From assembly GCA_017512085.1 (NCBI GenBank), contig JAFWHD010000029.1, positions 1 through 43,355 of the forward strand: a stretch of 43,355 bases of DNA. The letters are read 5' to 3'. The DNA is from Candidatus Saccharimonadota bacterium. Lineage in GTDB: Bacteria > Patescibacteriota > Saccharimonadia > Saccharimonadales > Saccharimonadaceae. This document shows, one piece after another, positions 9,286-19,513 of this stretch; positions within the stretch are counted from its first letter, which is position 1, and every line of letters begins with the position of its first letter. Below the pieces are notes generated by a model. That model saw nothing but the letters and a program-made list of their open reading frames with translations, did no database searches and was not told the DNA's origin. The translations under genes and the position numbers were made by a program.

Positions 9286-10332
9286 ATGGATTTGTTGCAT
9301 GGTGTGGGTGATTTCTTCTCATTAGACATCGGTACGAACTCGATGCGTCTAGTTCAGCTTTCTGGTAACAACAAGACGGGCTGGACCTTGCAGAAATTCG
9401 CCTACGTCCCCATTGACGCTAAGCTCGCCACGGATAGCAGCGAGTTAGGCAAAAAACACCTCGGTGAAGCCATCATGGGTGCAGTTGAGCAGGCTGGCAT
9501 TAAGACTCGTAATGTTGCCGTGGGTATTCCCGCCACAAAGACCTTTACTAGCGTCGTTGAGACTGATACTATTCCCGACAAAGAACTCAGGAAGGCCTTC
9601 AAATATGAAATTGACAAATACGTCCCAATGGCAATTAGCGATGCTAAAGCTGACTTTATTATTCTCGGTCCCAGCCCCAATAGCCCGACAAAGACCGAAG
9701 TTCTCGTGAGCAGCGTCGCCAAAAAATTCGCCGAAGATGCCCTTGAGACCATAGAAAAAACCGGTCTTGATGTTATTGCCATGGAGCCTGAACCCCTAGC
9801 AATGGCCCGTTCACTAAATGTTCCCGGCGCCATTGATGCTACCCTCATCGTTGATTTTGGTGAGCGCTCATCCGATCTCGTTGTAAATTATCACAACCAA
9901 CCTCGCCTCGTCCGCTCCATTCCTGGTGGCATTACACTCCTTGTTCATGCTGTTGCTACCACTCTCGGTGTTCGCGAAGACCAGGCTCGTCAATTCATAC
10001 TCAAATTCGGCCTTGATAACACTCAAGTTGAAGGTCAAGTTTTCCGCATCCTCAATACTCACCTTGAGACCTTCGCTACTGAGCTCGCCAAATCCGTTCG
10101 TTTCTTCCAGTCCAAGTATCTCAGTGGTAAAATCGGTGGCATCGTACTCTCTGGTTATGCTAGTATTATCCCGCTCTTTACTGAATTCATTGAGGCTAAG
10201 ACTAATATCCCCACAGTCAATGGTAATCCATGGCAATTCGTTCGCATGACTCCCGAGCAACAATCCGCTCTCGCCCCCGTCGCCAGCGAATTCGCCGTCG
10301 TTGTCGGTCTCTCAGAAAGGAGCAATAATTAA
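9286..10332 (+). CDS. pilM: Type IV pilus assembly protein PilM
   Basis: Actin-like SLDIGTNSMRLVQL, LIVDFGERSS, IVLSGYAS, NPW; first gene of the pilus cluster. Confidence 0.93.
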   Translation: MDLLHGVGDFFSLDIGTNSMRLVQLSGNNKTGWTLQKFAYVPIDAKLATDSSELGKKHLGEAIMGAVEQAGIKTRNVAVGIPATKTFTSVVETDTIPDKELRKAFKYEIDKYVPMAISDAKADFIILGPSPNSPTKTEVLVSSVAKKFAEDALETIEKTGLDVIAMEPEPLAMARSLNVPGAIDATLIVDFGERSSDLVVNYHNQPRLVRSIPGGITLLVHAVATTLGVREDQARQFILKFGLDNTQVEGQVFRILNTHLETFATELAKSVRFFQSKYLSGKIGGIVLSGYASIIPLFTEFIEAKTNIPTVNGNPWQFVRMTPEQQSALAPVASEFAVVVGLSERSNN

Positions 10333-11885
10333 TGGAAGATTCTAAGAAACCAAAGATTGATTTGAAAAACCTAAATTTCAACATTGATTTCAAAAAAATC
10401 AAAGCCAAGCTTCTCGCCGCAAGTAAGCAGGCCAATGAAGTCCGCGAAATTAACCTCGTTCCCGACATTAAATATGAGATGATTAAAACCCTAAAACTTC
10501 GCAACTTCATTTTCTTCCTTTGCATTGTTGTCAGCATCGCCAGCATCAGCATCGCTGCTGTTTTCGGCTCTATTATGGGTGGTCAACAACTAGCCCTGGA
10601 TAGCAAAAAATCCACCATCAAAAATCTCTCCGATAAAATTGATTCCTTTGCAGACTTGAGCGAGTATCTCACTATTCGTAATCAAATTGGCGATATTAAC
10701 ACACTTTCCGACAATAAAAAGGTTTTTAGCCGCACATTTGATATTCTCACTGCCCTCATTCCTACCGGCCCAGACACCATCACGATTTCTAGCTTAGATG
10801 TCAATCTCAGCGGCGAGGTTCCAACTCTCGCTTTTGAAGCTCATGCTGATGCAGGCACTGATCCTTATATTGACTACAATGTTCTTGACTCGTTCAAAAA
10901 AAGTATGGCTTACATGCGTTATGATTACGGTCGCTACGTGGATCGCGAGGGGAACGAAATCCCAGCCTATTGTGTCATCGAGAATGGTACTGATGGTGCC
11001 ATCCTGAACGATCCAGAGAAGGGTATTTATGCCTATTGGGACATTACCGCCGAAGGCTGTAATACTACCACCGAAGATACTGACACCACAGATGACACCG
11101 ATTCTGGCAATAATAAAAACAATAACCGCATTATTATCAACCCTACCGACAATGAGAAAGAGGAGCCGACAAATGATAATAGCGAAGAAAATAGCAGTAC
11201 ACCAGAAATCACCGAGGTCTCTGGCTACACACTAGAGCCTTTTAATGGTCACAACTACGTTCGCATTTGGCGCACCCCCCAATTTGCCGACTGGTATAAA
11301 ACTAATCCCAAGGAAGGCGAGCCTTACATGAGTCTTGATGGTGAGATCAAAAATGTTGCTCATTTTGCTAGTAGCTGTATCACTTATACCGGCACTCTCC
11401 CTGACGACACCTTTACGCTTGAAAATGAAGATAAAAATAATAATAAAACGATCACCGTCAAATCTACCACCCCCACCTGGACTAGCACTAATGATGAATG
11501 TAAACTCATCTCTACTGAGGAAAACAGTGATGGTATTTCCATTGAGGAGTCATCCAATGGCCGCAACGAAAACAATCAGCTAGTCCTTCGCTTTGCCGCC
11601 ACGATTTATCTCGCACCCGAGGCATATAAGTTTGACTATAATCATCTCCTGGCTATTCCTCCATCTGGTCATCACAACGTCACCGACTCATACGTCCAAA
11701 TCCAAAACATGTTCGGTCAGCGTGCCACCGATTGCGCCGCCGATGACGCCAGTTGCCAGGCCGACGCCACGAACAACGCGAGGGCCAAAGAAAATACCAA
11801 CAACAGTACAAATAATAACACGAGCAATAATACGACCAACAACACAGGCAACAACACGAACAATACAGGAGGAAACAATGGCTAA
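10332..11885 (+). CDS. PilN-like protein with large insertion
   Basis: EINLVP PilM-binding motif, TM helix, coiled coil, LIPT..ITISSL; position after pilM; Asn/Thr-rich tail. Confidence 0.75.
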   Translation: MEDSKKPKIDLKNLNFNIDFKKIKAKLLAASKQANEVREINLVPDIKYEMIKTLKLRNFIFFLCIVVSIASISIAAVFGSIMGGQQLALDSKKSTIKNLSDKIDSFADLSEYLTIRNQIGDINTLSDNKKVFSRTFDILTALIPTGPDTITISSLDVNLSGEVPTLAFEAHADAGTDPYIDYNVLDSFKKSMAYMRYDYGRYVDREGNEIPAYCVIENGTDGAILNDPEKGIYAYWDITAEGCNTTTEDTDTTDDTDSGNNKNNNRIIINPTDNEKEEPTNDNSEENSSTPEITEVSGYTLEPFNGHNYVRIWRTPQFADWYKTNPKEGEPYMSLDGEIKNVAHFASSCITYTGTLPDDTFTLENEDKNNNKTITVKSTTPTWTSTNDECKLISTEENSDGISIEESSNGRNENNQLVLRFAATIYLAPEAYKFDYNHLLAIPPSGHHNVTDSYVQIQNMFGQRATDCAADDASCQADATNNARAKENTNNSTNNNTSNNTTNNTGNNTNNTGGNNG

Positions 11886-12792
11886 GGAAATCACCCTCAC
11901 CAAAAATCTCAAAATCACCGAAGCTCAACAGTATATGATTCTTGCTGTCCTTGGCGCCTCGCTAGTCCTTGGTGTTTCTATTGCTCTCACCAAACGTTTC
12001 ACTAATCAAATTTCCTTCAACACCAGGGTTATCATGGAAGAAGAAAAGGCTATCGCTGACTATTCTAATGTAATTAGGGAAATTGGTATTTGTAAAAGCC
12101 CGAAAAATAAAACCTATTCGGATACAGAATTGCAAGCATGTGATCCAGCTAGTATTGAAGTATCCGAGATCCCTGGCTCACTCCGTGCTAATATCCTCGA
12201 AAATCTTGCTGCTAATTCCTCACTTAGCTCTGTCCCAAAAATCGCCAGTTCAAATGACACCTCCTGCATTAATCCTGAAACAAATAAAACCTATACTTAC
12301 GAAGAATTAAATAAAATCTACGATGTTGCCGTTGGTTCAGATGAATTAACTGCTGCCAGCAACCTTATCAAGAGTTGTTCCGCTCTCCGTGTTATCCCAG
12401 ATGCTTTGCCAGCCTTTAGTAATAATGAAGCCCTCATGGCCAGCCTTAATAAACTATTCATTCTCTCGAATTGGGAACCCGAAGCCCTCAGTCCTTCCGG
12501 CGAGAGCGAACCTTATGCTGATGATAGCAATATGAATGTTATCCCGGTTGGTCTCACCATTAAAGCAGATAGCGGCACCACAAAACAAGTGCTCTATAAT
12601 ATTGAGCACTCCATTCGTGAATTTGATATTACTAGTGCCACCATTGAATGGAGTGGTGATAATTCCATTGTCGTTGAAGCTAGTGCCAGGGCTTACTATG
12701 TTACACCCACTACATTGCCTAGATACACTACCGTTATTACTGAAAACAACGTCACGAGTCGCAATGGTAATTCGTCAGGAGAAAATGAATAA
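11878..12792 (+). CDS. PilO-like protein
   Basis: AGGAGG RBS then ATG 11878; TM helix; ALP...LYNIEHSIREFDI...ARAYY; position after pilN. Confidence 0.7.
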   Translation: MAKEITLTKNLKITEAQQYMILAVLGASLVLGVSIALTKRFTNQISFNTRVIMEEEKAIADYSNVIREIGICKSPKNKTYSDTELQACDPASIEVSEIPGSLRANILENLAANSSLSSVPKIASSNDTSCINPETNKTYTYEELNKIYDVAVGSDELTAASNLIKSCSALRVIPDALPAFSNNEALMASLNKLFILSNWEPEALSPSGESEPYADDSNMNVIPVGLTIKADSGTTKQVLYNIEHSIREFDITSATIEWSGDNSIVVEASARAYYVTPTTLPRYTTVITENNVTSRNGNSSGENE

Positions 12793-13128
12793 ATGAAAAA
12801 AGAACTATTTCTTGCCATTGTTACAGGTATCATTGGTACTGTTGTTGGTTTTACTATTATCAATATCTTTGCTGGTTCCATAGATCCATTTTCTATCACT
12901 ACGCTAAGTCCTTCTGGCGAATCCACTACCGAAGCGGAAGACTATGGTAGCCTGGAAGAGCCAAATCCCAACATTTTTAATTACAAATCCATTAACCCAA
13001 CCGTTGAAGTCTATGTTGGTGACGGCAGTTCTACTACCATTATTCCGGAAAATGAACCTGATAATAACAATACTGACAATACCGACAATACTGATAATCC
13101 CACAGATACACCAGAAGAGGAGCAGTAA
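12793..13128 (+). CDS. Small membrane-anchored protein in the PilP position
   Basis: TM helix; PNPNIFNYKSINPT; acidic tail; translationally coupled to neighbours. Confidence 0.65.
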   Translation: MKKELFLAIVTGIIGTVVGFTIINIFAGSIDPFSITTLSPSGESTTEAEDYGSLEEPNPNIFNYKSINPTVEVYVGDGSSTTIIPENEPDNNNTDNTDNTDNPTDTPEEEQ

Positions 13129-14891
13129 TGGCACAACTAACTCCCGAGGCAGAACGGAGAATCACCGAGCTACTTTTGGCCGAAGGCCTAGCTGATACGG
13201 AATTAGTTCTTTCCGTCAAAAACGAAGCCGAGGCTGCGGGTCAGCGCCTCCTGGACGAATTAAAAAAACGTAATATCATCACGAGTGAAATGATCGCCAG
13301 AGCCACCGCCGCCATTATTGGCGTCCCCTATGTTGAGCTTAAAAACATCTCTATAGACCAGGACATCTTAACCAAACTCCCTAGCGACGCTTCGACTCGT
13401 GCCATGGCTGTCGCACTCGGCGAAAAAGACGGTATCCTAAATATCGCCATGGTTGATCCCGTCAACGTCCAAATGACGGACTATCTTACAAATCTTGTCA
13501 ATCAACCCATTCGTGTCTGGATGTCCTCTGAGCAGGGAATCAAAGAAATACTTGATCAATATCATGGTGATTTTTCCAGCGTAAAAGAGGCTGTCCGCGA
13601 GACCAACGAAGAGATAGCCACCCAGCAAGCCTCCAATGTCAAAACCATCGTTCAGGACTCGCCCATTTCTAAAGCCCTCACTACGATTCTAAGTTACGCC
13701 GCAAAGACCAAAGCCTCCGATATCCACATCGAGCCACTTGAGAACTCCCTCATTATCCGTTGTCGCATTGACGGCGTTCTACGCAAAATCATGGAGCTCC
13801 CCAAGACCGTTGCCCCCGCTCTCGTTTCTCGTATTAAGATTCTCTCCAGCCTAAAAATTGACGAACACCGCGTTCCACAGGACGGTCAGTTTACTGTTCT
13901 CGTTGACGGTAAAGAGATTGATCTACGTATCGCCATCTCGCCCGTCTATTGGGGCGAGCAAGTTGTTATTCGTTTACTTGATAAGAAAAGCGTCTCTATG
14001 AATATTGAGTCGATGGGTATGACTGGTCATGCTCTCCGCGATGTTCTTCATGCTATCAAACAGCCGAACGGCATGATCTTAACCTCGGGCCCTACCGGTT
14101 CAGGTAAATCCACTACCCTCTATGCCTTGATTCAAAAAATCAAATCTGAGGAAATTAATATTGTCACCCTAGAGGATCCAGTTGAGTACAAGATTGACGG
14201 CATTAATCAGATTCAAGTTAACGTTGACGCTGGCCTCACCTTCGCCTCCGGTCTTCGTTCCATTCTGCGTCAAGATCCCGACGTAGTCATGGTTGGTGAG
14301 ATTCGTGATGACGAGACGGCGAGCCTTGCTGTCCAGGCCGCTCTTACTGGCCACCTCGTTTTTAGTACTCTCCACACAAACTCTGCTGCCGGCATTCTCC
14401 CACGTCTCCTTGATATGGGCATTGAGCCATTCCTTCTTGCTTCCACCTTGAATGTCGTCATCGGTCAGCGCCTAGTCCGTCGCATCACCGAGAAACACGA
14501 AACATACAAATCCAGCGAGCTCGAAACTGGTAGTATTAATGATGTTGTCGGCGACCTCCTCCCCCAGTCTAGTGCCGATGTGGCGAAAGTCAGCGAAGAT
14601 CTCGGTTATCCAAATCTCCAAGTAAAGAACGACGACCATTATAATCTCCAACGTGGCATGGACACAAAAGAAACTCCCGGCGGTTACGAAGGTCGTGCTG
14701 GTCTCTACGAAACAATTATTGTTGATGATGATATCCAGAAAAAAATTATTGAGCATTCCACTGCTGGTGAGATTATGCACCTCGCCCGCGAGAAGGGAAC
14801 GATTACCATGCGTCAGGACGGAGTATTGAAGGCTCTTTCCGGCATTACTAGCCTAGAGGAGGTAAATCGCGTAGCGAGTGATTTGTCATAA
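13128..14891 (+). CDS. pilB: Type IV pilus extension ATPase PilB (GspE/PulE family)
   Basis: ASDIHIEP, RVPQDG, GPTGSGKSTT, LEDPVEY, LRQDPDVVMVGEIRD, TGHLVFSTLHTN. Confidence 0.95.
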   Translation: MAQLTPEAERRITELLLAEGLADTELVLSVKNEAEAAGQRLLDELKKRNIITSEMIARATAAIIGVPYVELKNISIDQDILTKLPSDASTRAMAVALGEKDGILNIAMVDPVNVQMTDYLTNLVNQPIRVWMSSEQGIKEILDQYHGDFSSVKEAVRETNEEIATQQASNVKTIVQDSPISKALTTILSYAAKTKASDIHIEPLENSLIIRCRIDGVLRKIMELPKTVAPALVSRIKILSSLKIDEHRVPQDGQFTVLVDGKEIDLRIAISPVYWGEQVVIRLLDKKSVSMNIESMGMTGHALRDVLHAIKQPNGMILTSGPTGSGKSTTLYALIQKIKSEEINIVTLEDPVEYKIDGINQIQVNVDAGLTFASGLRSILRQDPDVVMVGEIRDDETASLAVQAALTGHLVFSTLHTNSAAGILPRLLDMGIEPFLLASTLNVVIGQRLVRRITEKHETYKSSELETGSINDVVGDLLPQSSADVAKVSEDLGYPNLQVKNDDHYNLQRGMDTKETPGGYEGRAGLYETIIVDDDIQKKIIEHSTAGEIMHLAREKGTITMRQDGVLKALSGITSLEEVNRVASDLS

Positions 14892-14918
14892 TAATAACAT
14901 AAGTGGTATAATAATAAC

Positions 14919-16004
14919 ATGGAATATAATAGCCAGACAGTAGCAAATCCAAAAATTGAAAATCTCCTTGAGGAGTGTATTCGTCGCAATGCCTCTGATC
15001 TTCATTTGCAATATGGCCTCCCCCCCATTCTTCGTGTTGATGGCTCACTTATTCCCATCATTGGCACCCCGGCCCTTAATGAAGACAATCTCCAAAGCCT
15101 AATTTTTGCCACTTTGGATGAGGAACAACAAAATATTCTCATAAAAGACAAAGATTTTGATTATTCTTTCGCCTTCGGTGATGTTGCTCGTTTTCGCGTC
15201 AATGCCTTTCATGAGCGTGGCAAACTCGCTGCCGCCTTCCGTCTCATTCCCGGCAAAATCAAAAGCATTGAGGAACTGGATCTTCCTCCCGTCATTGAGA
15301 CTTTTGCCAATTTTCCGCGTGGGCTTGTTCTTGTTACTGGTCCTACGGGCTCCGGTAAATCTACTACCCTCGCTGCATTAATTGATAAAATAAATCGCGA
15401 GAAATCCGTCCACATTATCACCATTGAGGATCCCATTGAGTTTACTCATAAATCCGAGCGCAGTGTTATTGTTCAGCGTGAAGTCCACTATGATACTTTC
15501 AGTTTTGCAGCCGCTCTTCGTTCTGCTCTTCGCGAGGATCCGGATGTTGTATTGATTGGCGAGATGCGTGATCTTGAGACCATTCAGGCCGCTATTACTA
15601 TTGCCGAGACTGGTCACCTTGTTTTTGCTACCCTCCATACGAATTCCGCCGCTCAGTCCATTGACCGTATGATTGATGTCTTTCCATCACACCAACAGAC
15701 TCAGGTCCGCACTCAGCTTGCCAACATTATCCAGGCTGTCTGTTCTCAGCGTCTTGTCCCCGCCACAAATGGCGGTCGCGTTGCTGTGGCCGAAATCATG
15801 GTAGCAAATCCCGCCATCCGTGCTCTCATTCGTGAAGGTAAGACTTTTCAGCTTGACAATGCCATCCAGACTGGCGCCGAACAAGGTATGCAGACTCTTG
15901 ATCGGACTCTAGCTAGCCTCGTCCAGAGTGGCACCGTGAGTTATGACTCCGCCCTAGAATTTGCTGTTGATCCAAAAGAACTAGAAAAGCTATTGAGAGG
16001 CTAG
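14919..16004 (+). CDS. pilT: Type IV pilus retraction ATPase PilT
   Basis: ASDLHL, GPTGSGKSTT, LREDPDVVLIGEMRD, AETGHLVFATLHT, AIRALIREGK, GMQTLD. Confidence 0.96.
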   Translation: MEYNSQTVANPKIENLLEECIRRNASDLHLQYGLPPILRVDGSLIPIIGTPALNEDNLQSLIFATLDEEQQNILIKDKDFDYSFAFGDVARFRVNAFHERGKLAAAFRLIPGKIKSIEELDLPPVIETFANFPRGLVLVTGPTGSGKSTTLAALIDKINREKSVHIITIEDPIEFTHKSERSVIVQREVHYDTFSFAAALRSALREDPDVVLIGEMRDLETIQAAITIAETGHLVFATLHTNSAAQSIDRMIDVFPSHQQTQVRTQLANIIQAVCSQRLVPATNGGRVAVAEIMVANPAIRALIREGKTFQLDNAIQTGAEQGMQTLDRTLASLVQSGTVSYDSALEFAVDPKELEKLLRG

Positions 16005-16005
16005 T

Positions 16006-17214
16006 ATGAAGCGGTTCAGTTATAAAGCCAAAGACAAAAAAACCGGCAAAGTCGTCAAAGGTAGCATCCAAGCCGACAACGAGCAAACCGCCGGTCATCT
16101 CCTCATTGATCAAGGTTACATTCCCGATTCCATCGCCGAGGAAGGAGCTTCGCTCTTAGGCTCCACCAATGGCCATGCGACAGGGAAGGATCGTATTACT
16201 TTTACTCGTCAGCTCGCCACACTTATCGGCGCTGGCCTTCCCATTAGTAATAGTCTCCGCACCGTTGCCGACCAGACTCAGTCTCGCGCCATGAAGTCTA
16301 TCGTTGAGGAAATTACCACTAACGTTGAGTCTGGCAAAACTCTCTATGATGCCTTCTCCATGCACAAAGACATTTTTAATAATGTTTACCTCTCGCTCAT
16401 AAAAGCGGGCGAATCTTCCGGTACTCTTGATATTGCCTTGAAACGCCTCGCCGACCAAGAGGAAAAAGACGCCGCCCTGCTCGGTAAAATTCGTGGCGCG
16501 CTAGTCTATCCAGCCATTATCTTCGTAGTGATTATTGCTGTGCTTGCCTTCATGATGATTATGGTCGTTCCACAAGTTGAGATGCTCTATAGTGACATGG
16601 GCAAAGAACTCCCCGCCCTCACTCAGTTCCTCGTTGGCATTTCGCAATTCTTCGGTCAGTTTTGGTGGTTTGTTCTTCTCCTTTTTCTTCTCATTGTTGG
16701 TGGTTCCTACGTCGCAGTCAAACATACATCCTTTGGTCGTGAAGTTATGGACAGTATCAAGATTCATACTCCCATCTTTGGTAAACTTTTTCTAAAGCTT
16801 TATGTCTCTCGTTTTGCCCGTACCGCCGAAATGATGTTGGAGACCGGCGTCCCCATGCTTGATTCTATCAAGACCTCTATCGGCGCCGTCAATAATGTTA
16901 TAGTAGAGAAAGAATATACAAAATCACTCGATATTATCAAAGGTGGCAAGCCACTGTCGACTTCTCTTGAGGGCTTAAATTACATGCTACCGCTCATCCC
17001 GCAGATGGTCGCCATCGGCGAGGAATCTGGTAAAATTGACGAGATGCTCGGCAAAGCTGCTCAGACTTACGAGACCGAGCTTGACGAACAAGTAAATAAC
17101 ATCTCCACTATGATTGAGCCGATTCTCATGGTCATCATGGCTGGTCTTATCGGTGTCGTCATTGGCGGCACGCTCCTTCCTATTTACTCTCTCGTCAATT
17201 CCGTCTCCGCCTAA
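16006..17214 (+). CDS. pilC: Type IV pilus platform protein PilC (T2SS F family)
   Basis: FTRQLATLIGAGLPI, AGESSGTL, GALVYP, IGEESGKIDEML, MIEP. Confidence 0.95.
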   Translation: MKRFSYKAKDKKTGKVVKGSIQADNEQTAGHLLIDQGYIPDSIAEEGASLLGSTNGHATGKDRITFTRQLATLIGAGLPISNSLRTVADQTQSRAMKSIVEEITTNVESGKTLYDAFSMHKDIFNNVYLSLIKAGESSGTLDIALKRLADQEEKDAALLGKIRGALVYPAIIFVVIIAVLAFMMIMVVPQVEMLYSDMGKELPALTQFLVGISQFFGQFWWFVLLLFLLIVGGSYVAVKHTSFGREVMDSIKIHTPIFGKLFLKLYVSRFARTAEMMLETGVPMLDSIKTSIGAVNNVIVEKEYTKSLDIIKGGKPLSTSLEGLNYMLPLIPQMVAIGEESGKIDEMLGKAAQTYETELDEQVNNISTMIEPILMVIMAGLIGVVIGGTLLPIYSLVNSVSA

Positions 17215-17283
17215 TAAACCACTTGCATTTTATTTATGATTGATGTATCATAAACTTAATAGTTTACATAGGAAAGGAATACA

Positions 17284-17826
17284 ATGTCTAAAACAGGAAA
17301 ATACAAAAAGGGTTTTACCATCATTGAGGTGGTCTTGGTGCTCGCCGTGGCCGGCCTCATCTTCCTCATGGTCTTCGTCGCCCTCCCCGCTCTCCAGAGG
17401 AATCAGCGTGACACTCAACGCCGCCAGGATTACGGCGATCTCTCATCCGCCATTTCCGGCTATATGGCTAGCAATGGCAAGCTCCCGAGCAAAAGCACGA
17501 CCCTCGCTGCCAACAAATACATCAATGAGAAAGGTGAAGATCCTAATAAGAATGAATATGTTATCACAGTTTGTGAAGCTACTGGAAGCTCAAATGCAAA
17601 ATGTGGTAAAAGCGACACCGATGTGAATTTTGCCGTTAAAGAAGGTGATCCAAAGGTAACAGGGGAGACTGGTAAGGGCAATCAAGTTTATGTAGTGACT
17701 CGCGCAGATTGTTCTGGAACCAACGCAAATAGCTCAGCTGCACCTAAATATGTCAACAGCGGTCGTGCCTTCGCCATCTACGGTTACATGGAATCCACCG
17801 GCACCTACTGCCAAGCCAGCAGCTAA
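17284..17826 (+). CDS. Type IV pilin, probably the major pilin
   Basis: KKG|FTIIEVVLVLAV class III signal; strong GGAAAGGA RBS; own terminator; C-terminal Cys. Confidence 0.9.
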   Translation: MSKTGKYKKGFTIIEVVLVLAVAGLIFLMVFVALPALQRNQRDTQRRQDYGDLSSAISGYMASNGKLPSKSTTLAANKYINEKGEDPNKNEYVITVCEATGSSNAKCGKSDTDVNFAVKEGDPKVTGETGKGNQVYVVTRADCSGTNANSSAAPKYVNSGRAFAIYGYMESTGTYCQASS

Positions 17827-17844
17827 TCCTTCCTAGCATAATAA

Positions 17845-17872
17845 ACACCCCCTCCCCCGAGGGGGTATTTTT
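17845..17872 (+). terminator. Intrinsic terminator after pilin
   Basis: ACCCCCTC-CCC-GAGGGGGT followed by ATTTTT. Confidence 0.8.
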
Positions 17873-17877
17873 GTATC

Positions 17878-17993
17878 CTTTTTAATTCCAACGGAATTAA
17901 AAAGTTATCCATCAAAACTAAAATCAGAATTCACTTCTGTTTTAGTTTTTATCCTGGTTTCTTTGCTGGACTTTCTTTGCCAAAGAAAGTCCA
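17878..17993. repeat. Cluster of three hairpins (GAATTCACTTC-loop / CTTTCTTTG family)
   Basis: TTTTAATTCC-AAC-GGAATTAAAA; AAAACTAAAA..CAGAATTCACTTCTG..TTTTAGTTTT; TGGACTTTCTTTG-C-CAAAGAAAGTCCA. Confidence 0.75.
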
Positions 17994-17997
17994 AAGT

Positions 17998-18519
17998 TTA
18001 GCTATTCTTACAAATCACTCCGCCTATTTCTAAGGTGTATAATAATGCCACCTTTCGCACGTTTGATGATTTTATCGGCTCACTTCCGTTACACGTTGCT
18101 TGTGTCACTACCATTATTCTATAGTTATTAATTTCAAAATCATTATTCATGAAACTTGCAATCTTATCGCCTTGCGACCCTCCCGCGCAGGCCGCCCCAG
18201 TTGCCGAATTGCATACAACCAAACTTGAATCATCAAAATTATCAAAATACCCTTGGCCATTAGGCTCGGTAAGTTTTGGCAAATAATCACTATAAAACTT
18301 TTTCCACGCGGTTACTCCATTGGGCAACGCCCCACGATTATTTGACTGATAACTCTTTATCCCTCTAATTATTTCCGCCAAATCTTCTTGCCTCTCCGCA
18401 TCACGTTCCGTTCTCTGCACGGCAGGTAGCGCAATAAATACCGCCAACATTATCATTCCCGCCACCGCAAGTACTAACGCTACTTCTATTATCGTGAACC
18501 CACGCCGATATTTAACCAT
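17998..18519 (-). CDS. Type IV pilin paralog, convergent with 17284-17826
   Basis: RRG|FTIIEVALVLAVAG...ALPAVQRTERDAERQED; C-terminal Cys. Confidence 0.9.
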   Translation of the reverse strand: MVKYRRGFTIIEVALVLAVAGMIMLAVFIALPAVQRTERDAERQEDLAEIIRGIKSYQSNNRGALPNGVTAWKKFYSDYLPKLTEPNGQGYFDNFDDSSLVVCNSATGAACAGGSQGDKIASFMNNDFEINNYRIMVVTQATCNGSEPIKSSNVRKVALLYTLEIGGVICKNS

Positions 18520-18634
18520 AAACCCATTATACTAAATTATAAAAGATAAAACAATTGCAAACAAATTAGAGTTTTTTTATTTTCTCCAATTATAATGCGG
18601 TATTATTTAGTTGTATCTATGTTATCATATAAAT

Positions 18635-19462
18635 ATGACAATTATCTTCTTAGGTTTATTATTTATCTTGGGTGCATGCTTCGGTTCTTTTCTTTGCTGC
18701 CAAGCCCGTCGTATGCATGCAAGATCCACGAAGAAGGGAAGTAGATTCCCGAGTCACTCTATCTGCCTCCACTGCCATTACCGATTAAAATGGTATGATA
18801 ATATCCCCATTATTTCCTGGCTCCTCCTTCGTGGTCGTTGTCGTAAGTGTCATAAGAAGATTGGCTTCACCGAATTTCTTGCCGAGTTCCTCACTGCCTT
18901 CTCCTGGCTCACTCTCGGTCTTTCTTTTATTTTTTACACTAAATCCTCATTAAATCATTTTTCTGCCTCTCCCCTTGACTGGGCTATCTTTATCGCTACA
19001 CTCTTTCTTACTCTTCCGCTTATTTTTCTTGCCATCTACGATGGCCTTTATGGTGAGCTGCCCACCTCTTTGCTTATTATTTCCATTGTCGTTTCCGCTA
19101 TTATTTTAATTCTCCGCGAAATATCCTGGGCATCGCAATCTCATTCAGGCACATTTTCTCCTGACTATCTCCTTCAACCACTCGGAGCCTTCCTTATCCT
19201 CGGTGGGCTTTATTTTATATTATACTTAGCCTCAAAAGGGAAATGGGTTGGCGACGGTGATTGGTTTTTAGCAACCGCCATCGCTTTAGCTCTTTCTCGC
19301 GTCTGGCCCGCTCTACTGACTTTGACGCTTGCAAATTTTCTAGCCGTCATAATCATGGCCCCCATCCTTCATTCTAGACATCGTCATAATCTCCCACTTG
19401 GTCCATTCCTTGTTGCCGCCTATCTTATTATTTCCGTCGCTTACCCGTACTTATCATTATAA
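18635..19462 (+). CDS. pilD: Prepilin peptidase PilD
   Basis: GACFGSFL, CLHC..LKWYDNIPIISW..GRCRKC, AIYD, VGDGD, LPLGPFL. Confidence 0.93.
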   Translation: MTIIFLGLLFILGACFGSFLCCQARRMHARSTKKGSRFPSHSICLHCHYRLKWYDNIPIISWLLLRGRCRKCHKKIGFTEFLAEFLTAFSWLTLGLSFIFYTKSSLNHFSASPLDWAIFIATLFLTLPLIFLAIYDGLYGELPTSLLIISIVVSAIILILREISWASQSHSGTFSPDYLLQPLGAFLILGGLYFILYLASKGKWVGDGDWFLATAIALALSRVWPALLTLTLANFLAVIIMAPILHSRHRHNLPLGPFLVAAYLIISVAYPYLSL

Positions 19463-19513
19463 TGTAAATCTTTTCCTATTAAGTCTTTTATCCGATTATG
19501 CTATAATAAAAAT

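Noticed and set aside
17284-18519. Invertible pilin switch between the convergent pilins
   Set aside because: The shared N-terminal protein sequence is encoded by heavily diverged synonymous codons; no DNA inverted repeat or recombinase seen
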